From Myxococcota bacterium (lineage in GTDB: Bacteria; Myxococcota_A; UBA9160; SZUA-336): 64,000 nucleotides of DNA. Positions 37,034 through 46,329 of this stretch are shown here, piece after piece. Under the pieces are notes generated by a model. It made no database searches and was not told where the DNA came from. It saw nothing but the letters and a program-made list of their open reading frames with translations. A program made the translations under genes and the position numbers. The stretch lies in the NCBI GenBank assembly GCA_040902485.1, contig JBBDXF010000029.1:244318-308317 (forward strand), given 5' to 3'. Positions within the stretch are counted from its first letter, which is position 1; each line of letters starts with the position of its first letter.

Positions 37034-37669
37034 TCACTCGCTGCGCGAGAACGAAGCCTCGCCCCGGATCGCGTCCGCGAGCAGCGCAAGGTAGCGCGCG
37101 CGCGGAATCTCGACGCAGCCGAAGCGCTCGAGGTGCGGGGTCGTGAACTGCGTGTCGAGCAGCGTGAAGCCGCCGCTGCGCAGGCGCGTCACCAGCTCGA
37201 CCAGACACACCTTCGAGGCGTCCGTGCCGCCGAGCGTTGGGCGGCTGAACATGCTCTCGCCGAAGAACGCGGCGCCGATCTGCACGCCGTACAGGCCGCC
37301 CACCAGCCGGCCGTCGCGATAGGCCTCTACGCTGTGCGCGAGCCCGTGCGCGTGCAGCTCGACGTACGCCTCGATCAGGCGCTCGTCGAGCCAGGTCTCG
37401 CGCCGGCCCGGCCGCGTCTCCGAGCAGGCGCGGATCACGCGCTCGAACGCGCTGTCGGTGCGCAGCTCGAACACGCGCCTGGCGACCACTCGCGCGAGGC
37501 TCTTCGGCACGTGAAAGCGCTCCAGCGGGATCACCGCGCGCGGATCCGGGCTGTAGTACTCGATCGCGCCGGTACGCGGATCGACCATCGGAAAGATGCC
37601 GCTCGCGTACACGCGCAGCAGCAGCTCCGCGCTCGGCCGCTGCGGGTCCAGCGCCGGCTTGCGCGTCAC
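37034..37669 (-). CDS. aat: leucyl/phenylalanyl-tRNA--protein transferase
   Basis: GIFPM…DPRTG…WYSPDPRAV and the overall 211-aa architecture match Aat. Confidence 0.8.
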   Translation of the reverse strand: MTRKPALDPQRPSAELLLRVYASGIFPMVDPRTGAIEYYSPDPRAVIPLERFHVPKSLARVVARRVFELRTDSAFERVIRACSETRPGRRETWLDERLIEAYVELHAHGLAHSVEAYRDGRLVGGLYGVQIGAAFFGESMFSRPTLGGTDASKVCLVELVTRLRSGGFTLLDTQFTTPHLERFGCVEIPRARYLALLADAIRGEASFSRSE

Positions 37670-37734
37670 GACTCGCTCGAGCCCGGCGCGCGTTGCGGTT
37701 GACCGCCTTCTCGCATTGGTTTAAACGGTATCTC

Positions 37735-38040
37735 ATGCTGGGATCGAGCGCGCGCAGGTCCATCGGCCGCCGCACGGCGGCGCTCGCCGCCTCGCTCGCC
37801 GTCGTCGCGCTGCTCGCGCTCGTCGCGCACGCCCACGACGAGGTCCAGCCCGACGCGAAGGCCTGCGCGGTCTGCGCGGTCGCGCACCACTCCGGCGCTC
37901 CGATTCCGACCCAGCCGCTGGTCTCGACTCCGACGTCGTTCGCTCCGCTCGCCGCACCGGCCGAGCCCGTGCTCGCCTCGCAGCTCGAAGGCGCAAAGCC
38001 GACCGCGCGCGCTCCCCCGCTCCGCACGCCCGACGCCTAG
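37735..38040 (+). CDS. small secreted protein with CAVCAVAHH motif (DUF2946-like), upstream of a TonB-dependent receptor
   Basis: Signal peptide followed by a Cys/His-rich segment (AHAHDEVQPDAKACAVCAVAHH). Sits in the position typical of DUF2946 genes next to TBDRs. Confidence 0.35.
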   Translation: MLGSSARRSIGRRTAALAASLAVVALLALVAHAHDEVQPDAKACAVCAVAHHSGAPIPTQPLVSTPTSFAPLAAPAEPVLASQLEGAKPTARAPPLRTPDA

Positions 38041-38130
38041 GAAAGCAGCGCCGCCGCGCGTGGGCCGATGGCCGCCGCGGTGGCTGACCATTCCTTGTCG
38101 TCGCGGCGCAGGCCGCGGCGTGGAGCGCGC

Positions 38131-40197
38131 ATGTTCCGATCCTCCGTTCGTTCTTCCGTTCGACGCTTTGCAGCCGTCTCGATCCTGTGTCTCGCGTCGG
38201 CCCCGTTGGCCTCTGCCGAGGACGATCCTCCGCCGGGCGCCGAGGACCACCGCGAGCCGGGCCACCAGGTCGAGGAGATCGTCATCACGGGCAGCCCGCT
38301 GGCCAAGAGCGTGGACGACCTGTCGCAGCCCGTGAACGTGCTCGGCGGCGACGAGCTGCTGATCTCGACCGAGCCGACTCTCGGTGAGACGCTCGCCGAC
38401 GAGCCGGGTCTCAGCTCGAGCTATTTCGGCCCGGGCGCGAGCCGCCCGATCATCCGCGGTCTCGACGCCGATCACATTCGCGTCTTGCGCAACGGCCTGG
38501 GCGCGATGGACGCCTCGGCCGCGAGCGCCGACCACGCGGTCACGATCGATCCGCTCGCGGTCGAGCGCATCGAGGTCGTGCGCGGGCCGAGCGCCCTGCT
38601 GTACGGTCCGACCAGCGTCGGCGGCGTGGTCAACGTGATCGACAATCGCATTCCCGACGAGCCGATCGACGGGGTCACCGGCCTGTTCGAGGGCTCGCTC
38701 GATTCAGTCGATCGCGGCACCAACGGCGCGGTGGTGCTCGAGGGCGGCGTGGGCGGGTTCCAGATCCACACCGATGGCCTGGCGCACCGCTCGCGGAATC
38801 TCGACATCCCGTCGTACGCGCGCTCGTCGAAGCTGCGGAGTACGGATCCGCTTCCGCCCGGAGAGCCGGAAGAGAAGGGGTCGCTCGAGAACAGCCAGAT
38901 CGACACCTACGCGAGCTCGATCGGCATCTCCTACGCCGGCGAGCGTGGCTTCATCGGCGTCGCACCCTCCGCCTTCGACAGCGACTACGGCACGGTCGCC
39001 GAGAAGGAGGTCACGATCGACATGCACGAGCGCCGCTGGGACTTCGCGGGGGGACTCCATCGACCGATCGACGGCGTCGAGAGCGTGCGCGGCAAGTTCG
39101 CGCTGTCCGACTACCAGCACATCGAGTTCGAGGGCGCGGAACAGGGCACGGTGTTCAAGCGGCGCGCCTACGAGGGCAGGCTCGAGGCGCTGCACGGCGC
39201 GCTCGGCCCGGTCAAAGGGGCGATCGGCGGACAGCTCTTCCGCAGCGACTTCTCGGCGCAAGGCGAGGAGGCATTCCTGCCGCCGTCGCTCACGCGCGGT
39301 TACTCGGCGTTCGTGCTCGAAGAGCTGCACGCGCCGTCGCTCCTGTTCCAGTTCGGCGGGCGCCTGGACTGGACGGACATCCGCACGGACTCCAGCGCGG
39401 ACTTCGGTCCGTCGCAGAAGCGCGACCGGCGGACGGGCAGCGGCGCGATCGGCGCGAGCTACGAGATCGACGACGAGTACACGCTCGCCGCAAACTACGC
39501 CTACACGCAGCGCCCGCCGCTTGCGCAGGAGCTGTTCGCGAACGGCCCGCACGTGGCGACCGACGCCTTCGAAATCGGCGATCCGGATCTCGATGTCGAG
39601 GAGTCGCTCGGCTTCGACCTGACGCTGCGCAAGGACGCGGGCTTTGTCACCGGCAGCCTCTCCGGCTTCTACCTGTACTTCGACGACTTCATCGCGCTGC
39701 AAGCCACGGGGCTGGTCGACCCGGTCGACGGCCTGCCGATCTTCCAGTACGTGAACATGCCGGCGACGTTCCTGGGCGGCGAGGCGGAGCTCACCTTGCA
39801 TCTGATCGAGACGGGCGAGCAGAGCCTGCACCTCGACCTGCGCGCCGACTACGTGCGCGCGCGCGATCGCGACAGCGGCGATCCGCTGCCGCGCATTCCG
39901 CCCTTCCGCTTCGGCGCGGAGCTCGCGTACCACGCCGGGCCGTTGCACGCGTCCGCGGGCGTGCTGCACGCGGCCGGCCAGAGCCGCACGGCCGACTTCG
40001 AGTTCTCGACCGACGAGTACACGCTGCTCGACGCGCGCGTCTCGTACGAGCTGCTGGTGCGCACGACCAAGGTCGTGTTCTTCGTGGTCGGCTCGAACCT
40101 CGCGAACCAGACCGCGCGCAACAGCGCGTCGTTCCTGAAGGAGGTGGCCCCGCTGCCCGGCCGCGGCGTGCGCGGCGGCGTCCGGCTCGCGTTCTAG
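38131..40197 (+). CDS. TonB-dependent receptor (metal/siderophore-type, 22-strand barrel)
   Basis: Signal peptide, a TonB box region, a plug (…VVRGPSALLYGPTSVGGVVNVI…), a beta-barrel, and a C-terminal …VRGGVRLAF. Confidence 0.8.
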   Translation: MFRSSVRSSVRRFAAVSILCLASAPLASAEDDPPPGAEDHREPGHQVEEIVITGSPLAKSVDDLSQPVNVLGGDELLISTEPTLGETLADEPGLSSSYFGPGASRPIIRGLDADHIRVLRNGLGAMDASAASADHAVTIDPLAVERIEVVRGPSALLYGPTSVGGVVNVIDNRIPDEPIDGVTGLFEGSLDSVDRGTNGAVVLEGGVGGFQIHTDGLAHRSRNLDIPSYARSSKLRSTDPLPPGEPEEKGSLENSQIDTYASSIGISYAGERGFIGVAPSAFDSDYGTVAEKEVTIDMHERRWDFAGGLHRPIDGVESVRGKFALSDYQHIEFEGAEQGTVFKRRAYEGRLEALHGALGPVKGAIGGQLFRSDFSAQGEEAFLPPSLTRGYSAFVLEELHAPSLLFQFGGRLDWTDIRTDSSADFGPSQKRDRRTGSGAIGASYEIDDEYTLAANYAYTQRPPLAQELFANGPHVATDAFEIGDPDLDVEESLGFDLTLRKDAGFVTGSLSGFYLYFDDFIALQATGLVDPVDGLPIFQYVNMPATFLGGEAELTLHLIETGEQSLHLDLRADYVRARDRDSGDPLPRIPPFRFGAELAYHAGPLHASAGVLHAAGQSRTADFEFSTDEYTLLDARVSYELLVRTTKVVFFVVGSNLANQTARNSASFLKEVAPLPGRGVRGGVRLAF

Positions 40198-40198
40198 G

Positions 40199-41554
40199 CT
40201 AGCCCGGCACGGGCGTGCGCATGGTCACGAACTCCTCCGCCGCGGTCGGGTGGATCCCGAGCGTTGCGTCGAAGTTCGCCTTGGTCGCACCGCATTTGAT
40301 CGCGATCGCGATGCCCTGGATGATCTCGCCCGCCTCGGGTCCGACCATGTGCGCACCGACCACGCGCTGGCTGGCGCGGTCGACGACCAGCTTCATCATC
40401 GTCTTCTCGTCGCTGCCGGTGAGCGTGTGGCGCAGCGGACGGAAGCTCGTGCGGTACACGTCGAGCGCGCCGTAGCGCTCGCGCGCGGCGCTCTCGGTGA
40501 GCCCGACCGTGCCAACCGACGGCTGACTGAACACCGCCGTCGGCACGTCCGCGTGATCGGGCGAGGTCGGCCGGCCCGCGAACAGCGTCGCCGCGACCGC
40601 CATGCCCTCGTGGATCGCGACCGGCGTCAGGTTCAGGCGGTCCGTCACGTCGCCGATCGCGAGGATGCTCGGCACGGAGCTGCGCAGGTACGCGTCGACG
40701 ACGACCGCGCCCGCGCGATCGAGCGCGACGCCGGCCTGTTCGAGCCCGAGCCCCGCGACGTTCGGCGCGCGGCCGGTCGCGTACAGGATCTGGTCGGCCT
40801 CGAGCTCGGCGCCGTCGTCGAGCCGCGCCGAGAGCTTCGAGCCGTGCTTCTCGATCCGCGCGACGTTGGCGCCGAAGCGCAGGTCGACGCCCTTCTTGCG
40901 CATCTCCTCGGCGAGCGTGCGCCGCACGTCGTCGTCGAAGCCGCGCATGAACAGCTCGCCGCGGTACAGCTCGGTGGTGCGCGAGCCGAGGCCGTTGAAG
41001 ATGCCGGCGAACTCGACCGCGATGTAGCCGCCGCCGACCACCAGCACGCTGCGCGGCAGCTGCTTCAGGTGGAAAGCCTCGTTCGACGAGATCGCGTGCT
41101 CGATGCCGGGGATCTCCGGCAGCGTCGGCCAGCCGCCCGTCGCCACCAGCAGGTTCGCGGCGCTGAAGCGGCGGCCGCCGATCTCGACCGTGTGCGGATC
41201 GACGATCCGCGCCCGGCCCTCGAAGCGCTTCACGCCGGCCTCGTCGAGCAGGCGCGCGTACACCGTATTGAGTCGAGCGATCTCGCGGTCCTTGTTCTCG
41301 ATCAGGCGCGCCCAGTCGAAGCTGCGCTCGCCCACGGTCCAGCCGAAGCCGGCGGCGTCCTCGAAGTCCTCGCGGTAGTGCGCGGCGTAGACGAGCAGCT
41401 TCTTGGGAATGCAGCCGACGTTCACGCAGGTGCCGCCGAGGTAGCGCTCCTCGGCGACCGCCACCCGCGCGCCGTAGCTCGCCGACATGCGGCTCGCGCG
41501 CACGCCTCCCGAACCCGCGCCGATCGTGAACAGGTCGAAGTCGTAGTTCGCCAC
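40199..41554 (-). CDS. gor: glutathione-disulfide reductase
   Basis: FAD motif GAGSGG, the redox-active [13 protein letters not shown], the NADPH site, and C-terminal HPTAAEE. Confidence 0.85.
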   Translation of the reverse strand: MANYDFDLFTIGAGSGGVRASRMSASYGARVAVAEERYLGGTCVNVGCIPKKLLVYAAHYREDFEDAAGFGWTVGERSFDWARLIENKDREIARLNTVYARLLDEAGVKRFEGRARIVDPHTVEIGGRRFSAANLLVATGGWPTLPEIPGIEHAISSNEAFHLKQLPRSVLVVGGGYIAVEFAGIFNGLGSRTTELYRGELFMRGFDDDVRRTLAEEMRKKGVDLRFGANVARIEKHGSKLSARLDDGAELEADQILYATGRAPNVAGLGLEQAGVALDRAGAVVVDAYLRSSVPSILAIGDVTDRLNLTPVAIHEGMAVAATLFAGRPTSPDHADVPTAVFSQPSVGTVGLTESAARERYGALDVYRTSFRPLRHTLTGSDEKTMMKLVVDRASQRVVGAHMVGPEAGEIIQGIAIAIKCGATKANFDATLGIHPTAAEEFVTMRTPVPG

Positions 41555-41564
41555 GCGCGCGATT

Positions 41565-41939
41565 CTAGCGGGCTAGCCCCTCGAAATCGCCGAGCGAGAA
41601 CGCCACTCCGCCGTGCAGCCCGTCGATCGGCGGGCGCAGCTTGGTGGCGCGCAGCCAGAGCTCCGCGCCTTCGGGCACGAGCGGCCGCAGGCGCCCGAAC
41701 AGCTCGTGTGCGAGCCGCTCGACCAGCCGGAACTCGCGCCCCGCGCAGGCCTTGCGCGCGGCCTCGATCAGCTCGGCGTAGCAGAGCGTGTCCTCGAGCC
41801 GGTCGCTCGTGCAGGCGGCCGGCAGCTCCTTGAAGCGCACGGCCAGATCCAGATCGACGGGCTGCGGCCTGGCGCGCTCCTCGGCGGAGCAGCCCAGCCG
41901 CACCTCGAGTCGTGCTCCGCGGAACTCGAGAACGCTCAC
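41565..41939 (-). CDS. folB: dihydroneopterin aldolase
   Basis: [35 protein letters not shown] aligns with FolB (D..SYADIAE…FALVERVAEE). GTG start at 41939 with no in-frame ATG nearby. 124 aa. Confidence 0.6.
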   Translation of the reverse strand: MSVLEFRGARLEVRLGCSAEERARPQPVDLDLAVRFKELPAACTSDRLEDTLCYAELIEAARKACAGREFRLVERLAHELFGRLRPLVPEGAELWLRATKLRPPIDGLHGGVAFSLGDFEGLAR

Positions 41940-42002
41940 GCCACCTCCGGCCAAAGGCTCGCCGGGGATTCTAGCGGGACTCTGGTAGATTAGGCGAGCC
42001 GA

Positions 42003-42932
42003 ATGTTCCGGCGAGTTCGTCCAGTGAATCTTGACAAGGTGGATCTCAACAAGCTGCGCACCTTCGCCGAGGTCGCCTCGGCCGGCGGCGTGAGCCGGGC
42101 GGCGCGCCAGCTCTCGCTGACGCGCTCCGCGGTGAGCCAGAGCCTCGCGTCGCTCGAGGCATCGCTCGGCGTGCGGCTCTTCGACCGCGTCGGGCGGCGG
42201 CTCGTGCCCACCCAGGAGGGGCGCACGCTCGCCCGCCACTTCGGGCGCGTGCGCGAGGAGCTGCGCGACGCGCTCGCCGAGGTGGTCAACGTCGAGCGCG
42301 CGGTGCGCGGCGTGGTGCGCCTCGGGCTCTTCCCGGGCGCGTCGCGCACGCTGGTCGCGCGCGCGGTCGCGTCGTTCTCGGCCCGCAACGCGGGCGCGCA
42401 GGTGAGGCTCGGCTTCGGCTCCCATGCCGAGCTGCGCGCGGGCCTGGTCGGCAACCGCCTGGACTTCGCGCTGAGCGTGCAGCGCGGACGTGATGCCTCG
42501 ACGCGAATCCGCTCGACGGTGCTGATGCGCCAGACGCTGGTATTGGTCTCGAGCACGCCGCCGCCGCGCGGGGGCGTCGATCCTGCTTTCCTCGCCGGCC
42601 AGGCCATCATCGACTACTACCCCGCCCGTACGCTGATCCGGCGCTGGCTCGCGCACCACTTCCCGCGCAGGCGCGCCGCGCCGGACGTTCGCGTCTGGGC
42701 CGCGACGACGGATCTCGCGCTCGAGCTGGCGCTGCTCGGGGCCGGTGCGGCGGTGGTGCCGCGCTCGCTCGCGGCGCCGCTGGTGCGCAACGGACGGCTG
42801 CACGAGCTGCGCGGCCCGCGCGCCGAGCTCGACGACACGGTCTGGCTGGAGGAATCGGCGGGCGCCTGGCGGAACGCGACGCTCGAGGCGTTCCGCGCGA
42901 CGTTGGTCGCCGAGCTGGGCGAGGCGAAGTGA
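42003..42932 (+). CDS. LysR family transcriptional regulator
   Basis: N-terminal HTH (LNKLRTFAEVASAGGVSRAARQLSLTRSAVSQSLASLE) and a C-terminal substrate-binding domain. Confidence 0.75.
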   Translation: MFRRVRPVNLDKVDLNKLRTFAEVASAGGVSRAARQLSLTRSAVSQSLASLEASLGVRLFDRVGRRLVPTQEGRTLARHFGRVREELRDALAEVVNVERAVRGVVRLGLFPGASRTLVARAVASFSARNAGAQVRLGFGSHAELRAGLVGNRLDFALSVQRGRDASTRIRSTVLMRQTLVLVSSTPPPRGGVDPAFLAGQAIIDYYPARTLIRRWLAHHFPRRRAAPDVRVWAATTDLALELALLGAGAAVVPRSLAAPLVRNGRLHELRGPRAELDDTVWLEESAGAWRNATLEAFRATLVAELGEAK

Positions 42933-43735
42933 CGTCGTTCGGTGTCGCGCTCGAGATCACACCGCCGCGCGAGGACCGCCCCGACGTTCTGCTGCGCCGG
43001 GCGCGCCTGCTCGGCCGGTGCGCGGACGCGGTGCACGTGATCCAGCGCCCGGGGCGACAGCCCAGCCTCGACGCGTCGCTCGTGCTGGAACGCGCCGGGA
43101 TCGCGGCGGTCTGGCACGTCACCAACCGCGGCCGGGCTCGTGCGGAGCTCGAGCTCGAGATCGAGCGCGCCGCGGGCGAAGGTCTGCGCGCCGCCCTGGT
43201 CGTGCGCGGCGAGGGCGGCGCCGCCGACCGCGAAGACACGCCGACCCTGCGCGCGCTCGTGGCCCGGATCGGCGCGGCGATCCCGGGAGCGCGGATCGGC
43301 GTCACGCTGAATCCGTACCTCGACCCGGAGCGGGCGCTCGCGAACCTGTGGCCGAAGCTCGAGGCCGGCGCGGCGTTCATCCAGACGCAGCCCGTCTTCG
43401 AGCTCGCGTCGCTGCGCGCCGTCGCGGAGCGGATCCGCGTGCGGGCGCCGGCGGTCGCGATCCTGCCGATGGTGATTCCGCTGCTCTCCGCAGCGGCCGC
43501 CGAGAAGCTCGCGCTGCGCCTGCGCCTGCCGCTCCCTGCGAGCTTCGTCGAGCGTCTCGCGCGCGGCCGGGAGGCGGCCGGCTGGCGGCTCTTCAGCGAA
43601 GCCGTACGCGAGCTGCGCGCGTCGGGCCTCGCCGACGGCGTCGCGGTGATGACCCAGGAGATGGACCCGCCCGCCGCGTTCGGCGATCAGGTGCGCGCGG
43701 CGCTCGAGCGCAGCGCCGCGTGCGCGCCGACCTGA
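42929..43735 (+). CDS. methylenetetrahydrofolate reductase-like (MetF family) protein
   Basis: FIQTQPVFE resembles the MTHFR signature. TIM-barrel-like pattern. ATGA overlap with the LysR gene. Confidence 0.5.
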   Translation: MTSFGVALEITPPREDRPDVLLRRARLLGRCADAVHVIQRPGRQPSLDASLVLERAGIAAVWHVTNRGRARAELELEIERAAGEGLRAALVVRGEGGAADREDTPTLRALVARIGAAIPGARIGVTLNPYLDPERALANLWPKLEAGAAFIQTQPVFELASLRAVAERIRVRAPAVAILPMVIPLLSAAAAEKLALRLRLPLPASFVERLARGREAAGWRLFSEAVRELRASGLADGVAVMTQEMDPPAAFGDQVRAALERSAACAPT

Positions 43736-43747
43736 CGCGCGCGCCGC

Positions 43748-44596
43748 TCAGCCCGTCGGGAGCAGCGAATCCAGGAACGCCTCGACGACCTTCACGAACT
43801 CGTCGGGCTTGTCGCCCGCGACCGAGTGCCCCGCCCCCGCGATGCTCACCAGCTCCACGCACGGCAGGCCGGCGGCAAAGCGCTCGGCCATCTCGCGCGT
43901 GAGCACCGGGCTCGCGGCGCCGTGCACCAGCAGCGTCGGACAGCGCAGCGCGGTCGCGACTTCGCACAGCGCGTCGCGCGCTTCGGCCACGCCGCCGAAG
44001 CCCTGGCGGAAGCGCTCGTCGTACTGCTTGGCGAGCTTCCCGTCCGCGGTCTCGCGCAGCTAGACCGCGAGCCGCGCGCGGATGCGCTCCTTCGAGCGCC
44101 AGGGGTAGTAACGGTGCGTGTGCTCGACCCAGGCGTCGAGCGATTCGAGCTGGTACGGGCCCGCGACGAAGGCGCCGACCTCGCGCGCGCCGTCGACGCT
44201 GACCTCGGGTCCCACGTCCACCAGCACGAGCGCGCGCACGAGCGCAGGGTTGCGCGCCGCGAAGGTCATCGCGTTCATGCCGCCCATGCTGTGGCCGATC
44301 ACGACGAGGCGCTCGAGACCGAGCTCGCGCACCGCCCCCTCGACGTCCGCGACCATGTTCTCGCGCGTGTAGTCCTCGACGCGCGCAGCCCGGTCGGAGA
44401 GGCCGTGGCCGCGCTGATCGAAGGCGAGCAGTCGAACGCGCGAGCGCAGACGCGGCGCGACCTCGTCCCAGCTGTGGCAGTTCAGCGCGAAGCCGTGCAG
44501 CGCGATCGCGTGCGTTCGGCTCGGTCCGCCCCAGTCGAGGTAGTGCAGATCGAGCGCGTTCGCGCGCACGCTGCGGTCGACGGGACCCTCGGTCAT
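43748..44596 (-). pseudogene. alpha/beta hydrolase interrupted by an in-frame TAG stop (at 44060-44062, minus strand)
   Basis: The N-terminal ORF (HGFALNCHSW…GHSMGG nucleophile elbow) and the C-terminal ORF (…AGHSVAGDKPDEF) share one frame, separated only by TAG. The spacer LRETADGKLAKQYDERFRQGF reads as normal hydrolase sequence. Confidence 0.55.
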
Positions 44597-44606
44597 CGAG
44601 CCGCGT

Positions 44607-45278
44607 TCAGGCGCGGCGGCGGTACAGCGCGAGCAGGGCGACTCCGAGCGCCGAGAGCGCCGCGGTCGACGGCTCCGGCACGCTCGGCACGCTCCACTCG
44701 ACGATCATGCCGATGATCTGCGCGGTCGAGGGCGAGAGATCCTTCTCGTCGTTCCACTTGCCGCGCAGATCCTGCCCGGCCTCGTAGTAGTGGACCCACA
44801 TCGTGAGGAAGCGCTCGTCGATGTCGCCTTCATTGCTCGGCTCGTTCTCGGTGAGCCAGTTCGTGTAGCTCCACGACTCGGGCGCGATCTCGACGTTCAC
44901 GATCCACTGCCAGCCGGCTGCGGCGGTGGCGGCGCTCGGGCTGCCTTCCGGATCCTGCCGGCCGCCGATCCAGACCTGATTCTTGTTCACGCCGAAGCTC
45001 GGGAGCACCGCGCTCTGGATGAACGCCTGCTCCTCGGCCGAGGTGACCGTCGCGAGGTAGCCGACGCTGCCGTCGTCGAGCGTCGAGTCGTCCGCCTCCG
45101 CGTTGGCCTGGTCCCACGTCGCGGCGCTTTCGAGCCTGATGAACTCGTACGTGTGTCCATTGCCGCCGGAAGCGGTGCTCCACACGACGGGCGTCGCGAA
45201 GCCCTGCGACGCGAGCAACCAGAGCGCACCGACGACGGGCACCACTCTCGACACGAGACCGATCATCCGCGCGAACAC
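44607..45278 (-). CDS. PEP-CTERM protein with C-type lectin-like domain
   Basis: Signal peptide. CTLD-like pattern (NGHTYEF…TWDQANAEA…GYLATVTSAEEQAFI…VWIGG…WQW…YTNW…EP.N…GKWND). C-terminal VPSVPEPSTAALSALGVALLALYRRRA. Confidence 0.6.
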   Translation of the reverse strand: MFARMIGLVSRVVPVVGALWLLASQGFATPVVWSTASGGNGHTYEFIRLESAATWDQANAEADDSTLDDGSVGYLATVTSAEEQAFIQSAVLPSFGVNKNQVWIGGRQDPEGSPSAATAAAGWQWIVNVEIAPESWSYTNWLTENEPSNEGDIDERFLTMWVHYYEAGQDLRGKWNDEKDLSPSTAQIIGMIVEWSVPSVPEPSTAALSALGVALLALYRRRA

Positions 45279-45337
45279 TTCCGGACTCCCCTGCGAGGCA
45301 TTTTCCCCATCCTACCACAACCGCGCTGAGGGCATTT

Positions 45338-46042
45338 TCAGCGGCAGCGGCGGACCAGACCCAGCAGGGCCATGCCGAACGCGGACAGCAGCGCGGTCGC
45401 CGGTTCCGGCACGTCGATCGTGTCGAACTCGACGATCATGCCGAGGATCTTCGGGAGCGGGAACTGCGGTGGGCCGTTGTCGCAGCCATCTTGCTCGCTG
45501 TGTCCGTTCCCGTTCTTGTCCCACTTCGAGAGAAAGCGCTTCTCGATCAACCCGTGGTGGTCCGGCTCGTTCTCGCTCTGCCACTTCCCCCACTTCCAGT
45601 GCTCGGGCGCAACCGCCGAGGGCAGGTTCTTACCCAGCGGGAGCTGCCCGTTCGACGAAGGATGGTTGTCGTTGACGAGCATGTACTGGTTCTCGGGCGC
45701 GACCCAGACGGCGCTGATGGGGTTTGCCCAGTCGTCGGGAAGTACTTGCTCGCGGATGAAGGTGCGCTCTTCGTCCGACTCGATCGTGGTGAGGTAGCCC
45801 TTCGTTCCGTCGGGGAGCGTGATCGTCTCGGCCTCGGCGTTGGCCGCAGACCAGGACGTCGTGTACGGCAGGGGCACGAACAGATACGTGTGGCCGGTGC
45901 CTCCGTCGGCTGTGTCCCACACGACCGGCTGGATCGGCGCGACCTGCATGGCGGACCCGACCGGGGCGAGCAGCGACGCGATGCCGCCGACGAACGCGGC
46001 GAGCGCCGCCCTGCGCATGCGGAGGCTGATGTTCACGACCAT
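45338..46042 (-). CDS. PEP-CTERM protein with C-type lectin-like domain (tandem paralog)
   Basis: Same architecture as 44607..45278 (TGHTYLFV…SWSAANAEA…GYLTTIESDEERTFI…GKW…). C-terminal DVPEPATALLSAFGMALLGLVRRCR. Confidence 0.6.
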   Translation of the reverse strand: MVVNISLRMRRAALAAFVGGIASLLAPVGSAMQVAPIQPVVWDTADGGTGHTYLFVPLPYTTSWSAANAEAETITLPDGTKGYLTTIESDEERTFIREQVLPDDWANPISAVWVAPENQYMLVNDNHPSSNGQLPLGKNLPSAVAPEHWKWGKWQSENEPDHHGLIEKRFLSKWDKNGNGHSEQDGCDNGPPQFPLPKILGMIVEFDTIDVPEPATALLSAFGMALLGLVRRCR

Positions 46043-46329
46043 GCTGAAGCTCCCGGCCGAGGCGATTTCCCCAGCCTACTACAGAGCGTGGATCGATACA
46101 TGAACTAGTGGCGGTAAAATTCGCCCTTGCGGGCGTCGTTCCGCCTCTGCCAAGCGCCGTTCCCACCGACCGACGAACGCGCAACTCCTCGATAAAGCAA
46201 GGGAAAGTGCGATGGAATGCCACCCGGGCGGCAACTTCGAACGGCCCTCTGCACGCTTTCATGACGGTTCGATGGACGAACGATGGGGGTATTCCCAATC
46301 CCCACTTACGGGTTCGCGCCGTCCTGCCG

